This document shows, in pieces, positions 15,001 to 27,362 of a stretch of 64,000 bases of DNA. Source of the DNA: Eledone cirrhosa (taxonomy: Eukaryota). Below the pieces are notes generated by a model. It was not told the DNA's origin, searched no databases, and worked only from the letters and a program-made list of their open reading frames with translations. The position numbers and the translations under genes are program-made. The stretch's first letter is position 1. Every line of letters starts with the position of its first letter. Location of the stretch: positions 93,992,001 through 94,056,000 of the forward strand of contig OZ024743.1 of NCBI GenBank assembly GCA_964016885.1, read 5' to 3'.

Positions 15001-18000
15001 TGATATAGTCACACATTGTTGGTACTGGGGTGGTGGGATATAGTCACACATTGTTGGTACTGGGATGGTGGGATATAGTCACACATTGTTGGTACTGGGA
15101 TGGTGGGATATAGTCACACATTGTTGGTACAGGTATGGTGTGATATAGTCACACATTGTTGGTACTGGGGTGGTGGGATATAGTCACACATTGTTGGTAC
15201 TGGGATGGTGGGATATAGTCACACATTGTTGGTACTGGGATGGTGGGATATAGTCACACATTGTTGGTACTGGTATGGTGGGATATAGTCACACATTGTT
15301 GGTACTGGGATGGTGGGATATAGTCACACATTGTTGGTACTGGTATGGTGGGATATAGTCACACATTGTGGGTACTGGTATGGTGGGATATAGTCACACA
15401 TTGTTGGTACAGGTATGGTGGGATATAGTCACACATTGTTGGTACTGGGATGGTGGGATATAGTCAGACATTGTTGGTACTGGTATGGTGGGATATTGTC
15501 ACACATTGTTGGTACTGGTATGGTGGGATATAGTCACACATTGTTGGTACTGGTATGGTGGGATATAGTCACACATTGGTACTGGGATGGTGGGATATAG
15601 TCCCACATTGTTGGTACTGGTATGGTGGGATATAGTCACACATTGTTGGTACAGGTATGGTGTGATATAGTCACACATTGTTGGTACTGGGGTGGTGGGA
15701 TATAGTCACACATTGTGGGTACTGGTATGGTGGGATATAGTCACACATTGTTGGTACTGGGGTGGTGGGATATAGTCACACATTGTGGGTACTGGGGTGG
15801 TGGGATATAGTCACACACTGTTGGTACTGGTATGGTGGGATATAGTCACACATTGTTGGTACTGGGATGGTGGGATATAGTCACACATTGTTGGTACTGG
15901 GGTGGTGGGATATAGTCACACATTGTGGGTCCTGGGGTGGTGGGATATAGTCACACACTGTTGGTACTGGTATGGTGGGATATAGTCACACATTGTTGGT
16001 ACTGGGATGGTGGGATATAGTCACATATTGTTGGTACTGGGATGGTGGGATATAGTCACACATAGTTGGTACTGGGATGGTGGGATATAGTCACACATTG
16101 TTGGTACTGAGATGGTGGGATATAGTCACACATTGTTGGTACTGGTATGGTGGGATATAGTCACACATTGTTGGTACTGGTATGGTGGGATATAGTCACA
16201 CATTGTTGGTACTGGGATGGTGGGATATAGTCACACATAGTTGGTACTGGGATGGTGGAATATAGTCACACATTGTTTGTACTGGTATGGTGGGATATAG
16301 TCACACATTGTTGGTACTGGGGTGGTGGGATATAGTCACACATTGTTGGTACAGGTATGGTGGGATATAGTCACACATTGTTGGTACTGGGATATTGTGG
16401 GATATAGTCACATATTGTTGGTACTGGGGTGGTGGGATATAGTCACACATTGTGGGTACTGGGGTGGTGGGATATAGTCACACACTGTTGGTACTGGTAT
16501 GGTGGGATATAGTCGCACATTGTGGGTACTGGGGTGGTGAGATATAGTCACACACTGTTGGTACTGGTATGGTGGGATATAGTCACACATTGTTGGTACT
16601 TAGGTGGTGGGATATAATCACACATTGTTGGTACTGGGGTGGTGGGATATAGTCACACATTGTTGGTACTGGTATGGTGGGATATAGTCACACATTGTTG
16701 GTACTTAGGTGGTGGGATATAATCACACATTGTTGGTACTGGGGTGGTGGGATATAGTCACACATTGTTGGTACTCGGATGGTGGGATATAGTCACACAT
16801 TGTTGGTACTGGAATGGTGGGATATAGTCACACATTGTTGGTACAGGTATGGTGGGATATAGTCACACATTGTTTGTACTGGAATGGTGGGATATAGTCA
16901 CACATTGTTGGTACTGGGATGGTGGGATATAGTCATACATTGTTGGTACTGAGATGGTGGGATATAGTCACACATTGTTGGTACTGGTATGGTGGGATAT
17001 AGTCACAAATTGTTGGTACTGGTATGGTGGGATATAGTCACACATTGTTGGTACTGGGATGGTGGGATATAGTCACACAATGTTGGTACTGGTATGGTGG
17101 GATATAGTCACACATTGTTGGTACTGATATGGTGGGATTTAGTCATACATTGTTGGTACTGGTATGGTGGGATATAGTCACACATTGTTGGTACTGGGAT
17201 GGTGGGATATAGTCACACAATGTTGGTACTGGTATGGTGGGATATAGTCACACATTGTTGGTACTGGGATGGTGGGATATAGTCACACATTGTTGGTACT
17301 GGGGTGGTGGGATATAGTCACACATTGTTGGTACTGGAATGGTGGGATATAGTCACACATTGTTGGTACAGGTATGGTGGGATATAGTCACACATTGTTG
17401 GTACAGGTATGGTGGGATATAGTCACACATTGTTGGTACTGGTATGGTGGGATATAGTCACACATTGTTGGTACTGTGATGGTGGGATATAGTCACACAT
17501 TGTTGGTACTGGTATGGTGGGATATAGTCACATTGTGGGTACTGGTATGGTGGGATATAGTCACACATTGTTGGTAGTGGGATGGTGGGATATAGTCACA
17601 CATTGTTGGTACTGGTATGGTGGGATATAGTCACACATTGTGGGTACTGGGATGGTGGGATATAGTCACACATTGTTGGTACTGGGGTGGTGGGATATAG
17701 TCACACATTGTTGGTACTGGAATGGTGGGATATAGTCACACATTGTTGGTACAGGTATGGTGGGATATAGTCACACATTGTTGGTACAGGTATGGTGGGA
17801 TATAGTCACACATTGTTGGTACTGGTATGGTGGGATATAGTCACACATTGTTGGTACTGTGATGGTGGGATATAGTCACACATTGTTGGTACTGGTATGG
17901 TGGGATATAGTCACATTGTGGGTACTGGTATGGTGGGATATAGTCACACATTGTTGGTAGTGGGATGGTGGGATATAGTCACACATTGTTGGTACTGGTA

Positions 18001-18900
18001 TGGTGGGATATAGTCACACATTGTGGGTACTGGGATGGTGGGATATAGTCACACATTGTTGGTACTGGTATGCTTGGGATATAGTCACACATTGTTGGTA
18101 CTGGTATGGTGGGATATAGTCACACATTGTTGGTACTGGTATGGTGGGATATAGTCACACATTGTTGGTACTGGGATGGTGGGATATAGTCACACATTGT
18201 TGGTACTGGTATGGTGGGATATAGTCACACATCGTTGGTACTGGAATGGTGGGATATAGTCACACATTGTGGGTACTGGGATGGTGGGATATAGTCACAC
18301 ATTGTGGGTACTGGGATGGTGGGATATAGTCACACATTGTGGGTACTGGGATGGTGGGATATAGTCACACATTGTTGGTACTGGGATGGTGGGTTATAGT
18401 CACATATTGTTGGTACTGGGATGGTGGGATATATTCACATATTGTTGATACTGGTGTGGTGGGATATAGTCACACATTGTGGGTACTGGGATGGTGGGAT
18501 ATAGTCACACATTGTGGGTACTGGTATGGTGGGATATAGTCACACATTGTTGGTACTGAGATGGTGGGATATAGTCACATATTGTTGGTACTGAGATGGT
18601 GGGATATAGTCACATATTGTTGGTACTGGGATGGTGGGGTATAGTCACACATTGTTGGTAGTGGGATGGTGGGATATAGTCACACATTGTTGGTACTGGG
18701 ATGGTGGGATATAGTCACACATTGTTGGTACTGGGGTGGTGGGATATAGTCACACATTGTTGGTACTGGGGTGGTGGGATATAGTCACACATTGTTGGTA
18801 CTGGGGTGGTGGGATATAGTCACACATTGTTGGTACTGGTATGGTGAGATATAGTCACACATTGTTGGTACTGGGATGGTGGGATATAGTCACACATTGT
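1..18900. repeat. 35-bp tandem satellite, consensus GTGGGATATAGTCACACATTGTTGGTACTGG(T/G/A)(A/G)TG, about 540 copies, continuing off the left edge
   Basis: Uninterrupted 35-bp periodicity seen directly, with rare 2-3 nt indels; ends abruptly near 18900. All short ORFs here are repeat artefacts. Confidence 0.99.
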
Positions 18901-18986
18901 CAGGACTAGAATACTGGTTTAGCAGACTGCAAATGTTAAATAAATAACAAAACATGTCTTGGTTATTATAAACAAAATTTAATTCT

Positions 18987-19325
18987 TCAAAATGTAAAAT
19001 AATTAAACTTTTTATTTACATACATTTTTGCTTTAAATGCATAATCTGGTTGGCTTTCATAACCAAACAATTTACAATCTGTTTCCAAAGTCTTCTGTAG
19101 TTTGTTCATGATATCTGCAGGTACTGTACTAAATGCTTCAATAATAGCTTCCTGTCTGTTGTTAGCTGTGCTTGGGTCTTTATTAGATTTCTCTAGATAT
19201 TGGATCAGGCTCTTGTAAAAATCCTCTTTCTGTATTGTCAGGGACATTTCCGGGCTTAAAGGAAAATTCAGGTTCCGACTCAGTATACCACGAATTTGTA
19301 AGCGGCGCCATATACGTTCTAAAAC
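18987..19325 (-). CDS. Terminal coding exon of a carbohydrate sulfotransferase (CHST8-14/Sulfotransfer_2-like)
   Basis: Acceptor ...atcaacag|GTTTTAGAA at 19325; 339 nt in frame, VLERIWRRLQIRG...LETDCKLFGY...TF*. D-x-x-LFGY is the typical family C-terminus. Phase 0 matches the upstream exon. Confidence 0.88.
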   Translation of the reverse strand, partial: VLERIWRRLQIRGILSRNLNFPLSPEMSLTIQKEDFYKSLIQYLEKSNKDPSTANNRQEAIIEAFSTVPADIMNKLQKTLETDCKLFGYESQPDYAFKAKMYVNKKFNYFTF

Positions 19326-20342
19326 CTGTTGATATTAATAGAAAAACAGCATCATAGATAATGTATGAGATTATCATCATCATCGTCACAACCACCACCA
19401 CCACCACATATGTACCCTTAATGTAGTTCTCAAGGAAATTCAGCATGATACAGTGTGTGAAAGGTTACATCTTTAATGAACTTTCACACAGTTTCCCTCT
19501 TCTCAAGACTATGCTAAATGACACATAAAATATTACAGTGGTATTGAACTTGGGACCTCATGGTTACGAAGCATGAGCTCCAAGATTTAACCTCTCAGTC
19601 ATAGCTGAAATACCAACTTGGCAAAAGCCAGCTCTGGTTCTATGAAACAAAAATCACGCATTTTAAAGAGATCCTATTTAAATGAAAATCTTTGAACATA
19701 ATTTTATATAAAAAACATGTTAAGTTAATATTCTTAATAATGAAATGATTAATATTTTTTTAGTAAATCCCTCAAAATTTCATAAATCTCTTTGATACCA
19801 ACCCTGTTAAAACTGGATCAAGTTTCATGAAACATTACTACCCCCTTTAATTGTTCCTGTTTAAATTAAGATCTTCCAACATAGTTTTATGTAAGAACCA
19901 TATGAATCAGGATAGAACCAGTTTAAAACTTAATACCATTAATACCATTACTCAACAGAGTACTCAGTACTTAGGGTAGTAAAGTATGGCTATATTATAG
20001 AGAATCATATGTTAAATTACTATCATAATATAATAAAGGGATGAGTGCGGGACTACGTCCTGAACATATTTTTTTATCCCGTTTGTAAAATAAGTTGGAT
20101 TACTTTGAATAAATAATGAATGAATATTACATAAAATATGTACTAAATTTCGTAACTCTTTATTAAATATAAATAATTCTATTGCTTATTTCAAGATTCA
20201 CTTCTTTAAAATTTTCAAATGTCAACACTTCCTGTTATTATAACACATATTACAGAGCTTATATAAATGTTCATATATTTGCATCGTTATATAAGGTTTA
20301 TATTTCCGTCGATAATTTTCTCCTAATGCAGTTTATATATAA

Positions 20343-20375
20343 CTAGCAGAATGTCACGGCGTTGCTCGGGATTTG
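20343..20375 (-). mobile_element. Helitron 3' terminus (hairpin plus CTAG)
   Basis: Minus strand reads CCCGAGCAACGCCGTGACATTCTGCTAG|T, a degenerate form of the usual CCCGGGCAACGCCGGG...CTAG end. Confidence 0.75.
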
Positions 20376-20404
20376 CTCTAGGCTTCTTATATATTTGATA
20401 TATT

Positions 20405-20438
<34 letters not shown>

Positions 20439-20445
<7 letters not shown>

Positions 20446-20589
20446 TAAAATTAGAACAGAAGATAAGGCGTCCGTCATCAGTGATCTTTTAGCCGTTGTT
20501 GGTATTTCTTCGCAGCGAAGAAATACCAACGACGGCTAGAAGATCACTGATGACGGACGCCTTATCTTCTGTTCTTATTTTATTCATAT
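20439..20589. repeat. ~150-bp near-perfect palindrome centred on A20514
   Basis: Arms ATGAATAAAA...CTTCGC / GCGAAG...TTTTATTCAT, about 3 differences, 1-nt loop. Confidence 0.95.
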
Positions 20590-20632
20590 GTATCCAATTT
20601 GCAACAACGCAGCACGCCATTTTGCATATCTA

Positions 20633-23600
20633 TCTATATATTAATTTCAACAATGTCAGTATTCCGTGTGTCATAATTCTCGATTATCATTAGTTCATAG
20701 GTTTCAAACGACTCCGCCCACCTCAGCGACGCCAAACTTAAATTAATATGCATAATGCCAATGAGGGAGTGAGAGGAGAGAGTGTGAACGCTGTGTTCAA
20801 TAACTATTAACATGTGTGCGCGTGTATGTACGTGTGCCTATGTTTGTGTGTGTGTGCGTGCGTGCAGCGTTCCACAGAAAGTAAAAACTATCAACATGTA
20901 TGAGTGTGTGCGTGTGTAAGTTTGCGTGCGTTTCCATGCGTGTATGTGTGTGGCGTTCCACAATCGCCACGCAGTTTATCTGTCTGTGTGCCGAGGAGCT
21001 GGCTGAACAGCACCAGCGCAATACAGAAGTTCAGAGAATGTATCGCCAAAGTGCCCCTCATTCCAGTAAAGAGGCTAGAAGGCGAACGAATGATATTAAA
21101 AATGGATCATGGCAACCGTGTCATTTTCAGATTGGTGCACGAGCAGAGTGACCACATTGTGGAGCATTGCTTTGGAGGCACGAAAAGACGTGGACCACAA
21201 TGTGCTGTCATAAAGGAGCAGTTCAACTAGAACCCTTGCGAATGCCGGATGATCAGGAATCACCGGAGTTTAAAATACTAAGTGTGTGGGGGTGATCAAG
21301 GAGACCGAGGTAGATTACTGCGCAAATATTCGCGGCAAATTAACAATTCATTAGCTTTAGCATCGCAGAGAGTTAGTGAGATGTTTGAGAGTGGAGCATG
21401 GCAACCGAATGTAGTCATTCAAGGCCGTTTGTATCATTGTATCGGTAATTTAGAAGTTACCCCAGGAGAGAGGCCTCGATTCGCTCAAATTTACGTTAAC
21501 GATCCAGATTATTATGAATCGGAGGAGGATATCAGGATCGGTTGGATGAAGTTGCCGGGAAATATAACTGAACTTGAACGGCAAAGGTTAAATGATTTGA
21601 TCCGTGATTTGCAATCATGGCTTAGACAGTGTAATCCTTATGTTATGGATTTCTTGTTGGTGGCTGAACTGCAAAATGTTCAGCAGCAAACATTGGTGAT
21701 TAAGGCTGACGCAGTGTCAAGGAATCAACATGAACGGCGATATAATGCCCCTGAAGGATTTCGTGAAGTTGCTGTGTTGATGGACGATAAGCCTGGATCG
21801 AGAGATATCGTCCTCAATCGCAGAGATGGTGGTCTCAAGACTATCAATGAGTCAAATAGGGCATACGATCCATTGCATTATGTTCTTTTATTCCCAAAAG
21901 GTGAAAATGGATGGAACATGTCTGTTCATTTAGATGATCATGAGAATCAGCATCAACAGGGAGGTGGCAATAGACACAATAATTCGATTCGCGACTTTTA
22001 CGCGTTCCATTTGAACGAGAGGAATCAACAGAGAAATGCACTATTTCAAGCCAGCAGATTGTTTCAGGAATACTGTTGTATGGCATTCGCAAAGATCGAA
22101 AATCAAAGGCTAAATTATATAGCTACACATAAGCAACATATCAGAGCTAAATTGTATAATAATATACAGGATGCGATAACAGCCGATGATGTCAATTACA
22201 AGCAAATTGGTCGACGCATCATTTTGCCATCGTCGTTCATCGGCGGGCCGAGATATATGAACATTCGCTATCAGAATGCAATGGCTATTGTCAGAAAGTT
22301 TGGAAAGCCAGATTTGTTTATAACGGTTACATGCAATCCTTAATGGACTGATATTAAGGATGCACTTTTGCCAGGACAACAGCCAAAGGACCATCCTGAT
22401 ATTGTGGCAAGAGTATTCAAAGGATATCTGAAAAAGATAATGGATGATGTGGAAAAAGAGGGAATCTTTGGAGGTATAGTTGCTTTTACATACGTAATTG
22501 AATTCCAAAAAAGAGGATTGCTACATGCACATTTGCTGATCATTTTACATAGAGATTGCAAATTGAGATGCGCTGCGGATGTCGACAACATTGTGTGTGC
22601 TGAACTGCCGGAGAATGAGGAACTACGCAACTTGGTGGCAAAGTCAATGGTGCACAACCAATGCGGAGTGGCAAATCGGAAAGCGCCTTTCCAATGCAGT
22701 AAGCACTTTCCGAAATCTTTTGTCACGAACATTTCCTGGAACGATGGGGATGCTCATCCCTCATACAGAAGACGGTCGCCTACCGATGGCGGTTTGGTCG
22801 AAAATGTAAACGGTCGACAGGTTACAAATCAATGGGTTGTGCCATACAATCCATATTTGATTATGAAATATCGTTGTCATATTAATGTGGAAATTTGTAG
22901 CTCAGTGAAAGCTTTCAAATATGTTTTTAAAGGTCATGATCGGGCAATGATCAATGTCGGGAATGAGGAAGCGAACCAAGGAGATGAAGTTGGCAGGTTC
23001 CGGGATGTTCGCTCGATTGGATCTAGCGAGCTGGAGATTGTTCGATTTTCATCTCAATGAACGCAAACCCAGCGTTCAGAAACTGACGGTTCACTTAGAG
23101 AATAGGCAAATGGTCTGTTTTCAGGACACTAGAAGAGGTGTCGAAATAATTGCTAACGCACCACCTCCTAAGACGGAATTGACTGAGTGGTTCAAGCATA
23201 ATAGGGAACATGCTTTGAACCCGGATCAAAGGCAACGCTACTGTGATTTCCCTTCGCACTATACGTGGGATAAGAAGGGAAAGAAATGGAATGATAGAAA
23301 ACAAAAATTGAGATTCATGACTATTGGACGGGTTTGTAATGTCCATCCAGCATCTGGTGATGTGTTTTATCTCCGAATTCTGTTGCATAGTGATTTTTCG
23401 AGAGGTAAACAGAGCTTCACTGATTTGAAAACAATCAATGGCGTAGAATATGAAACATACCAGGCTATGTGTCAACATCTGGGACTCCTTCAGGATGACG
23501 CTGAATGGAATAACGCCATGGAAGCTGCAGGAAAAACACGGATGCCAACTCAAATAAGGCAGTTGTTTGTCACGATTCTAGGATTCTGCAATCCTGCCGA

Positions 23601-24190
23601 TCCAAGAAAGTTATTTGAACGCCATTGGGGAATTATGGCTGATGATTTTAGGCATCATCTTCAGGTCGATGATGAAAATTTGATGAAGGCTTATTGTTTT
23701 GCTCAATATTGAGCAACTGCTTGAAGTTCATTTGAAATGTTTAAGAGATTTCAATTTGCCAATTCCTGATGAAGAAATGCGGCAACGTGTCTCAGCATTG
23801 AACATGAGATTGAAGCTTAGACGGTTGCCACTCGATCTGAGGGAACTATTCCAGTTTGATCCACTGTGGATGAACGTATGCCAATGTTGACCCAATCTCA
23901 GAGAGAATTGGTCGATGGCGTTCTCCACTCGATTTCCACTAATGAGCAACTTTGTGCTTTCATAGATGCTCCAGGAGGCACCGGAAAGACATTCTGTTTC
24001 AACACTATATTATCGGCAGTCAGAGCTCAGAGGAAGATTGCTCTCCCTGTGGCCACCAGTGGGATCGCTGCCACTTTGCTGAGTGGTGGAAGGACCTTCA
24101 TTCATGCTTCAAGGCTCCATTGGCTCCGGATGAGTTGAGTGTCTGTAACGTTACAGGACAAAGTGAACTCGCAGGCCTTATACGCAATAC
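20633..24190 (+). mobile_element. Autonomous-type Helitron, 3'-truncated
   Basis: 5' end TCTATATATTAAT, then a GT-rich microsatellite region and the RepHel reading frame. Confidence 0.9.
21038..24190 (+). pseudogene. Helitron RepHel (HUH Rep plus PIF1-like helicase), disrupted
   Basis: Rep motifs FITVTCNP, VIEFQKRGLLHAH and KYVFKG; helicase motif I APGGTGKT and Ia VATSGIAATLL. Stop at 22341, several frameshifts, truncated before helicase motif II. Confidence 0.95.
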
Positions 24191-24308
24191 TTTTATATTA
24201 TATGTTGATATAGATATAGATAATTAATATAAAAGATGTCCGTCAATGTAAAAAAAGGTCCCTATTTACTCCCTTCACAACTTTGTGTATGTTAGACTGA
24301 CAGACAGA

Positions 24309-24756
24309 CACACAGACAGATAAACTACGTGGCGATTGTGGGATACCGCACGTACACACACATACGCGCATGGAAACACGCACGCAAACTTACACACACG
24401 CACACACTCACACATGTTGATAGCTTTTACTTTCTGTGGAACGCTGCACGCACGCACACACACATAAAAATACGCGCACGTACATACACACGCACACATA
24501 TTAATAGTTATTGCTTTCCTTCCCCTCTTATATCCACACACACACACATGTCTCTACACTGACACATATACATAGTGTATCCAAACACAGCGTTCACTTT
24601 GCCTCTTTCTCCCCTCTCACTCCCTCATTGGCATTATGCATATTAATTTAAGTTTGGCGTCGTTGAGGTGGGCGGAGTCGTTTGAAACCTATGAACCAAT
24701 GATAATCGAGAATTATGACACACTGAATACTGACATTGTTCAAATTAATATATAGA
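24309..24756 (-). mobile_element. Second, inverted copy of the Helitron 5' region (pairs with 20633-20990)
   Basis: Reverse complement matches 20633-20990 (e.g. GGTTTCAAACGACTCCGCCCACCTC), with an extra internal segment. Confidence 0.92.
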
Positions 24757-25116
24757 CTAGCTGACGTACCCAGCTTCTCCCGGGTAAACAGATGATAAGA
24801 GAAGACAGGTAAAAGAGAAAATGACTGTATTGGATGTTTGCCTGGTTACAGTATGAGGCGAGTCCGTGGTGTCATGTGTGATACAAAAAACAGTAAAAAT
24901 TTTTTTCCAGATATACCAGATTCTTCGTTGTACGGTTTGTGCATAGTATATGAACAATTCTAGGTGCTCCCACCTAGAATAGTGACCTCTAGGAGATGGT
25001 TCAACTTCTGCCTGACTGTAAAACGTGTATCATTGCATAGACGTGGTTGGTCCACATTTCTCAAAAGGATGATGGAAGTTCCAATCTTTTATATTATATG
25101 TAGATATAGATATAGA
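24757..25116 (-). mobile_element. Short non-autonomous Helitron
   Basis: Minus strand starts TCTATATCTACATATAATATAAAAG and ends ACCCGGGAGAAGCTGGGT...CAGCTAG. Confidence 0.7.
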
Positions 25117-25166
25117 TAATTAATATAAAATATGTCTGTCAATGTAAAAAAGGTCCCTATTATTAC

Positions 25167-25963
25167 TCACATGTCGCATCTTTCCGACATCCTGAAAAAA
25201 GATTTACAACAGCTCTGGCTAGCAGAATATGGGATTTGAAAGAACAAGGTATCCAATATAAATTGGATTGGTCAATTTTGAACCAATCTAAAGAATATGC
25301 AAGAGGAACAAGAAGATGCACACTCTGCATAAGTGAAAAATATTGGATTTTACAGAACCTTAAATCACCAAAAACCTGCCTAAATGCAAAAACAGACATT
25401 TTCACCAGTTGCCCACACATGAAATCACACTTGCTTTCCAGCTCATATAAACTTAACTCACTTTCAGATACTTATCCTCCATAAACTCTTGTTCTTCACT
25501 TTCCTTAAATTATCCTCTTTACAGACTTCTCTTTCTGATTTACTTTTATTTTTAACTTTATTTTAATTTTTATTTTTACTTCACATCCCCTACTTTTTGA
25601 TTCACTTACCTAATATCTTCACAATTCCACATTTTACTTTCCCATTTTCTTTCACTACCTGATAACACATGTCACTTGCGTTTTCAACTCCAGATATATT
25701 CTGTTGTTTCGCAGCCGCTTTTATATTTGTACTCATTTATTCATACGGCTGGTTTATAATTTGTATCTATGTGTGTGAGTGTGCATGCGTGTGTATGCGT
25801 TCTGTATATGTATACGAACGCCTCCGTATATGTGCGTGTGTGTGTATATATGTGTGTTTTTATATCTATGTTTTTTACATACTTATATATACGTGTGTGT
25901 GGGTGAATGTATGTGTATATGTATGTATGTATATATATATATATATATATGTATGTGTATGTA

Positions 25964-26002
<39 letters not shown>

Positions 26003-26830
26003 GCGTACGTACGTGTGATTAGATACATGTGCCGATATATATATATATGTGCTTCGTGTGTATGTATGCGCGCCTCTGTATGTATGTACGCATGTATGTG
26101 CTTTTGTCTGTACGTATTTATATATATATATTTATATATATATATATGTGTACGTATGAACCTATGTTTATTTCCTTTTTTTCTAGTGTTAATTTATAAT
26201 TGATAACCCCTCCCTCTTACTTTCTCTTTGATTTAAAACATTTTTTTTCATTCTCATATATTGTTTCATTTTTATACATGTATTGAGTCTCAGACTGACA
26301 CTCATTTGACTAATACACTTCCTTCCCTGTATATCTCTCGCATATATGTGATCGAGCGTGTGTGTGTGTTTATACGCGTGCTTTCATACTTGTATCTGTA
26401 TATATTTAATACCTGAATCTGGATGTATGTTAACTATATTATCTTACAATTTCTTTTTCAACTCATATTATATACGTATTTGTTGTCACACATACACTGA
26501 TATGCTTGCCCTCATATATGTACTTACGCACACATTTTCACTATACACATGCATTTGTACATACACACATATGTACATTTGTGAGTGAATGTACATACAT
26601 TTATACACATACCCTAACTATATTTCCTTATTTTTTTATATATCTCTTGCATTATTTTTATTTATATATATATTTTTGCCGGTTAAACTTTTGCCTTTCT
26701 TGAGGAGATTTTTCAAATATTTCACTATGTTTTAAATTGCCTTGTCCGATGAACGAATGAGGACGTTTTTTGTATTCGTCTTATTCGGGAAACTTCTGGT
26801 AATGAGGTAATTATATTGTATTGTTTATTC
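25167..26830 (+). mobile_element. Penelope-like element 3' remnant: GIY-YIG C-terminus, long microsatellite-rich tail, hammerhead-like end
   Basis: HxxSFRH...TALASRIWDLK...WSIL...CTLCISEK...LN...CPH pattern resembles Penelope-like endonuclease C-termini; ORF stops at 25484. Confidence 0.75.
26737..26810 (+). ncRNA. Minimal type I hammerhead-like motif with variant core (CCGATGA)
   Basis: Stem I TTGCCTTGT/ATGAGGTAA (with wobbles), CCGATGA, stem II CGAATGAGGACG/CGTCTTATTCG, GAAAC-TTCTG-GTA. Confidence 0.6.
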
Positions 26831-26833
26831 TAG

Positions 26834-27022
26834 GGCGGTGGATTGGCAGTATTGGTAGAGGGTCGGACGCCATGCTTTGACGTATATAGTTACGGCCCTT
26901 GCCATTCTGAGTTCAAATCCCGCCGAGGTTAACTTTGCCTTTCATCCTTACGGGGTCGATAAAATAAAGTACCAGTAATGTACTGGGTAATTACTGGCCT
27001 TGTGCCAAAAGTAGAAACAATT
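26834..27022 (+). mobile_element. tRNA-derived SINE (abundant family)
   Basis: A-box-like TGGCAGTATTGG, B-box GAGTTCAAATCCC, conserved core GCCTTTCATCCTTACGGGGTCGATAAAATAAAGTACCAG; many copies in the window. Confidence 0.85.
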
Positions 27023-27129
27023 ATATATATATATATATATATACACATACACACACACACCGCGTCATAATGACGTAATGCAGACAGCCAGGCATACAGA
27101 CAGATATTATAAAGGCGCAACGTAATATC

Positions 27130-27362
27130 TATATATCTATCTAAAAAGAGAAAGACTGAGAGAGAAAGAGATCGCTAAATCGCCTAATGCGGTCCCCAGG
27201 GCATCGAAAATTTGAATTTTTTTTGCTCAGAACACTGAATAGGACCATAAGTATTACATGTGTAAAGTTTGAAAACAATCGGTTGGGTGGTTCTCGACTT
27301 TTAGTGATTGTACAGACAGACAAACAGACAAATGTATCATGGATTACTTTACTGATTGTAGA
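27130..27362 (-). mobile_element. Non-autonomous Helitron-like 5' fragment
   Basis: Minus strand TCTACAATCAGTAAAG...(GTCT)n...AACC...CCGATT...AAACTTTACACA layout. Confidence 0.5.

Noticed and set aside
1622-18539. Trp/Cys-rich repeat proteins in the satellite
   Set aside because: 35 is not a multiple of 3; a stop recurs every 105 nt, and ORFs arise only where a point variant removes one stop.
1-18900. CRISPR array (35-bp repeats)
   Set aside because: Repeats are contiguous with no unique spacers, there are no cas genes, and the context is eukaryotic.
19183-19446. 87-aa ORF with a hydrophobic N-terminus
   Set aside because: Off-frame overlap of the true exon plus intronic trinucleotide repeats.
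25669-26703. Cys/Val/Tyr/Ile-rich ORFs (also ~37900, ~42000, ~43000)
   Set aside because: Translations of (TA)n/(CA)n microsatellites.
26834-26930. tRNA gene
   Set aside because: A/B boxes are present but there is no cloverleaf, and it continues into a SINE body found in many copies.
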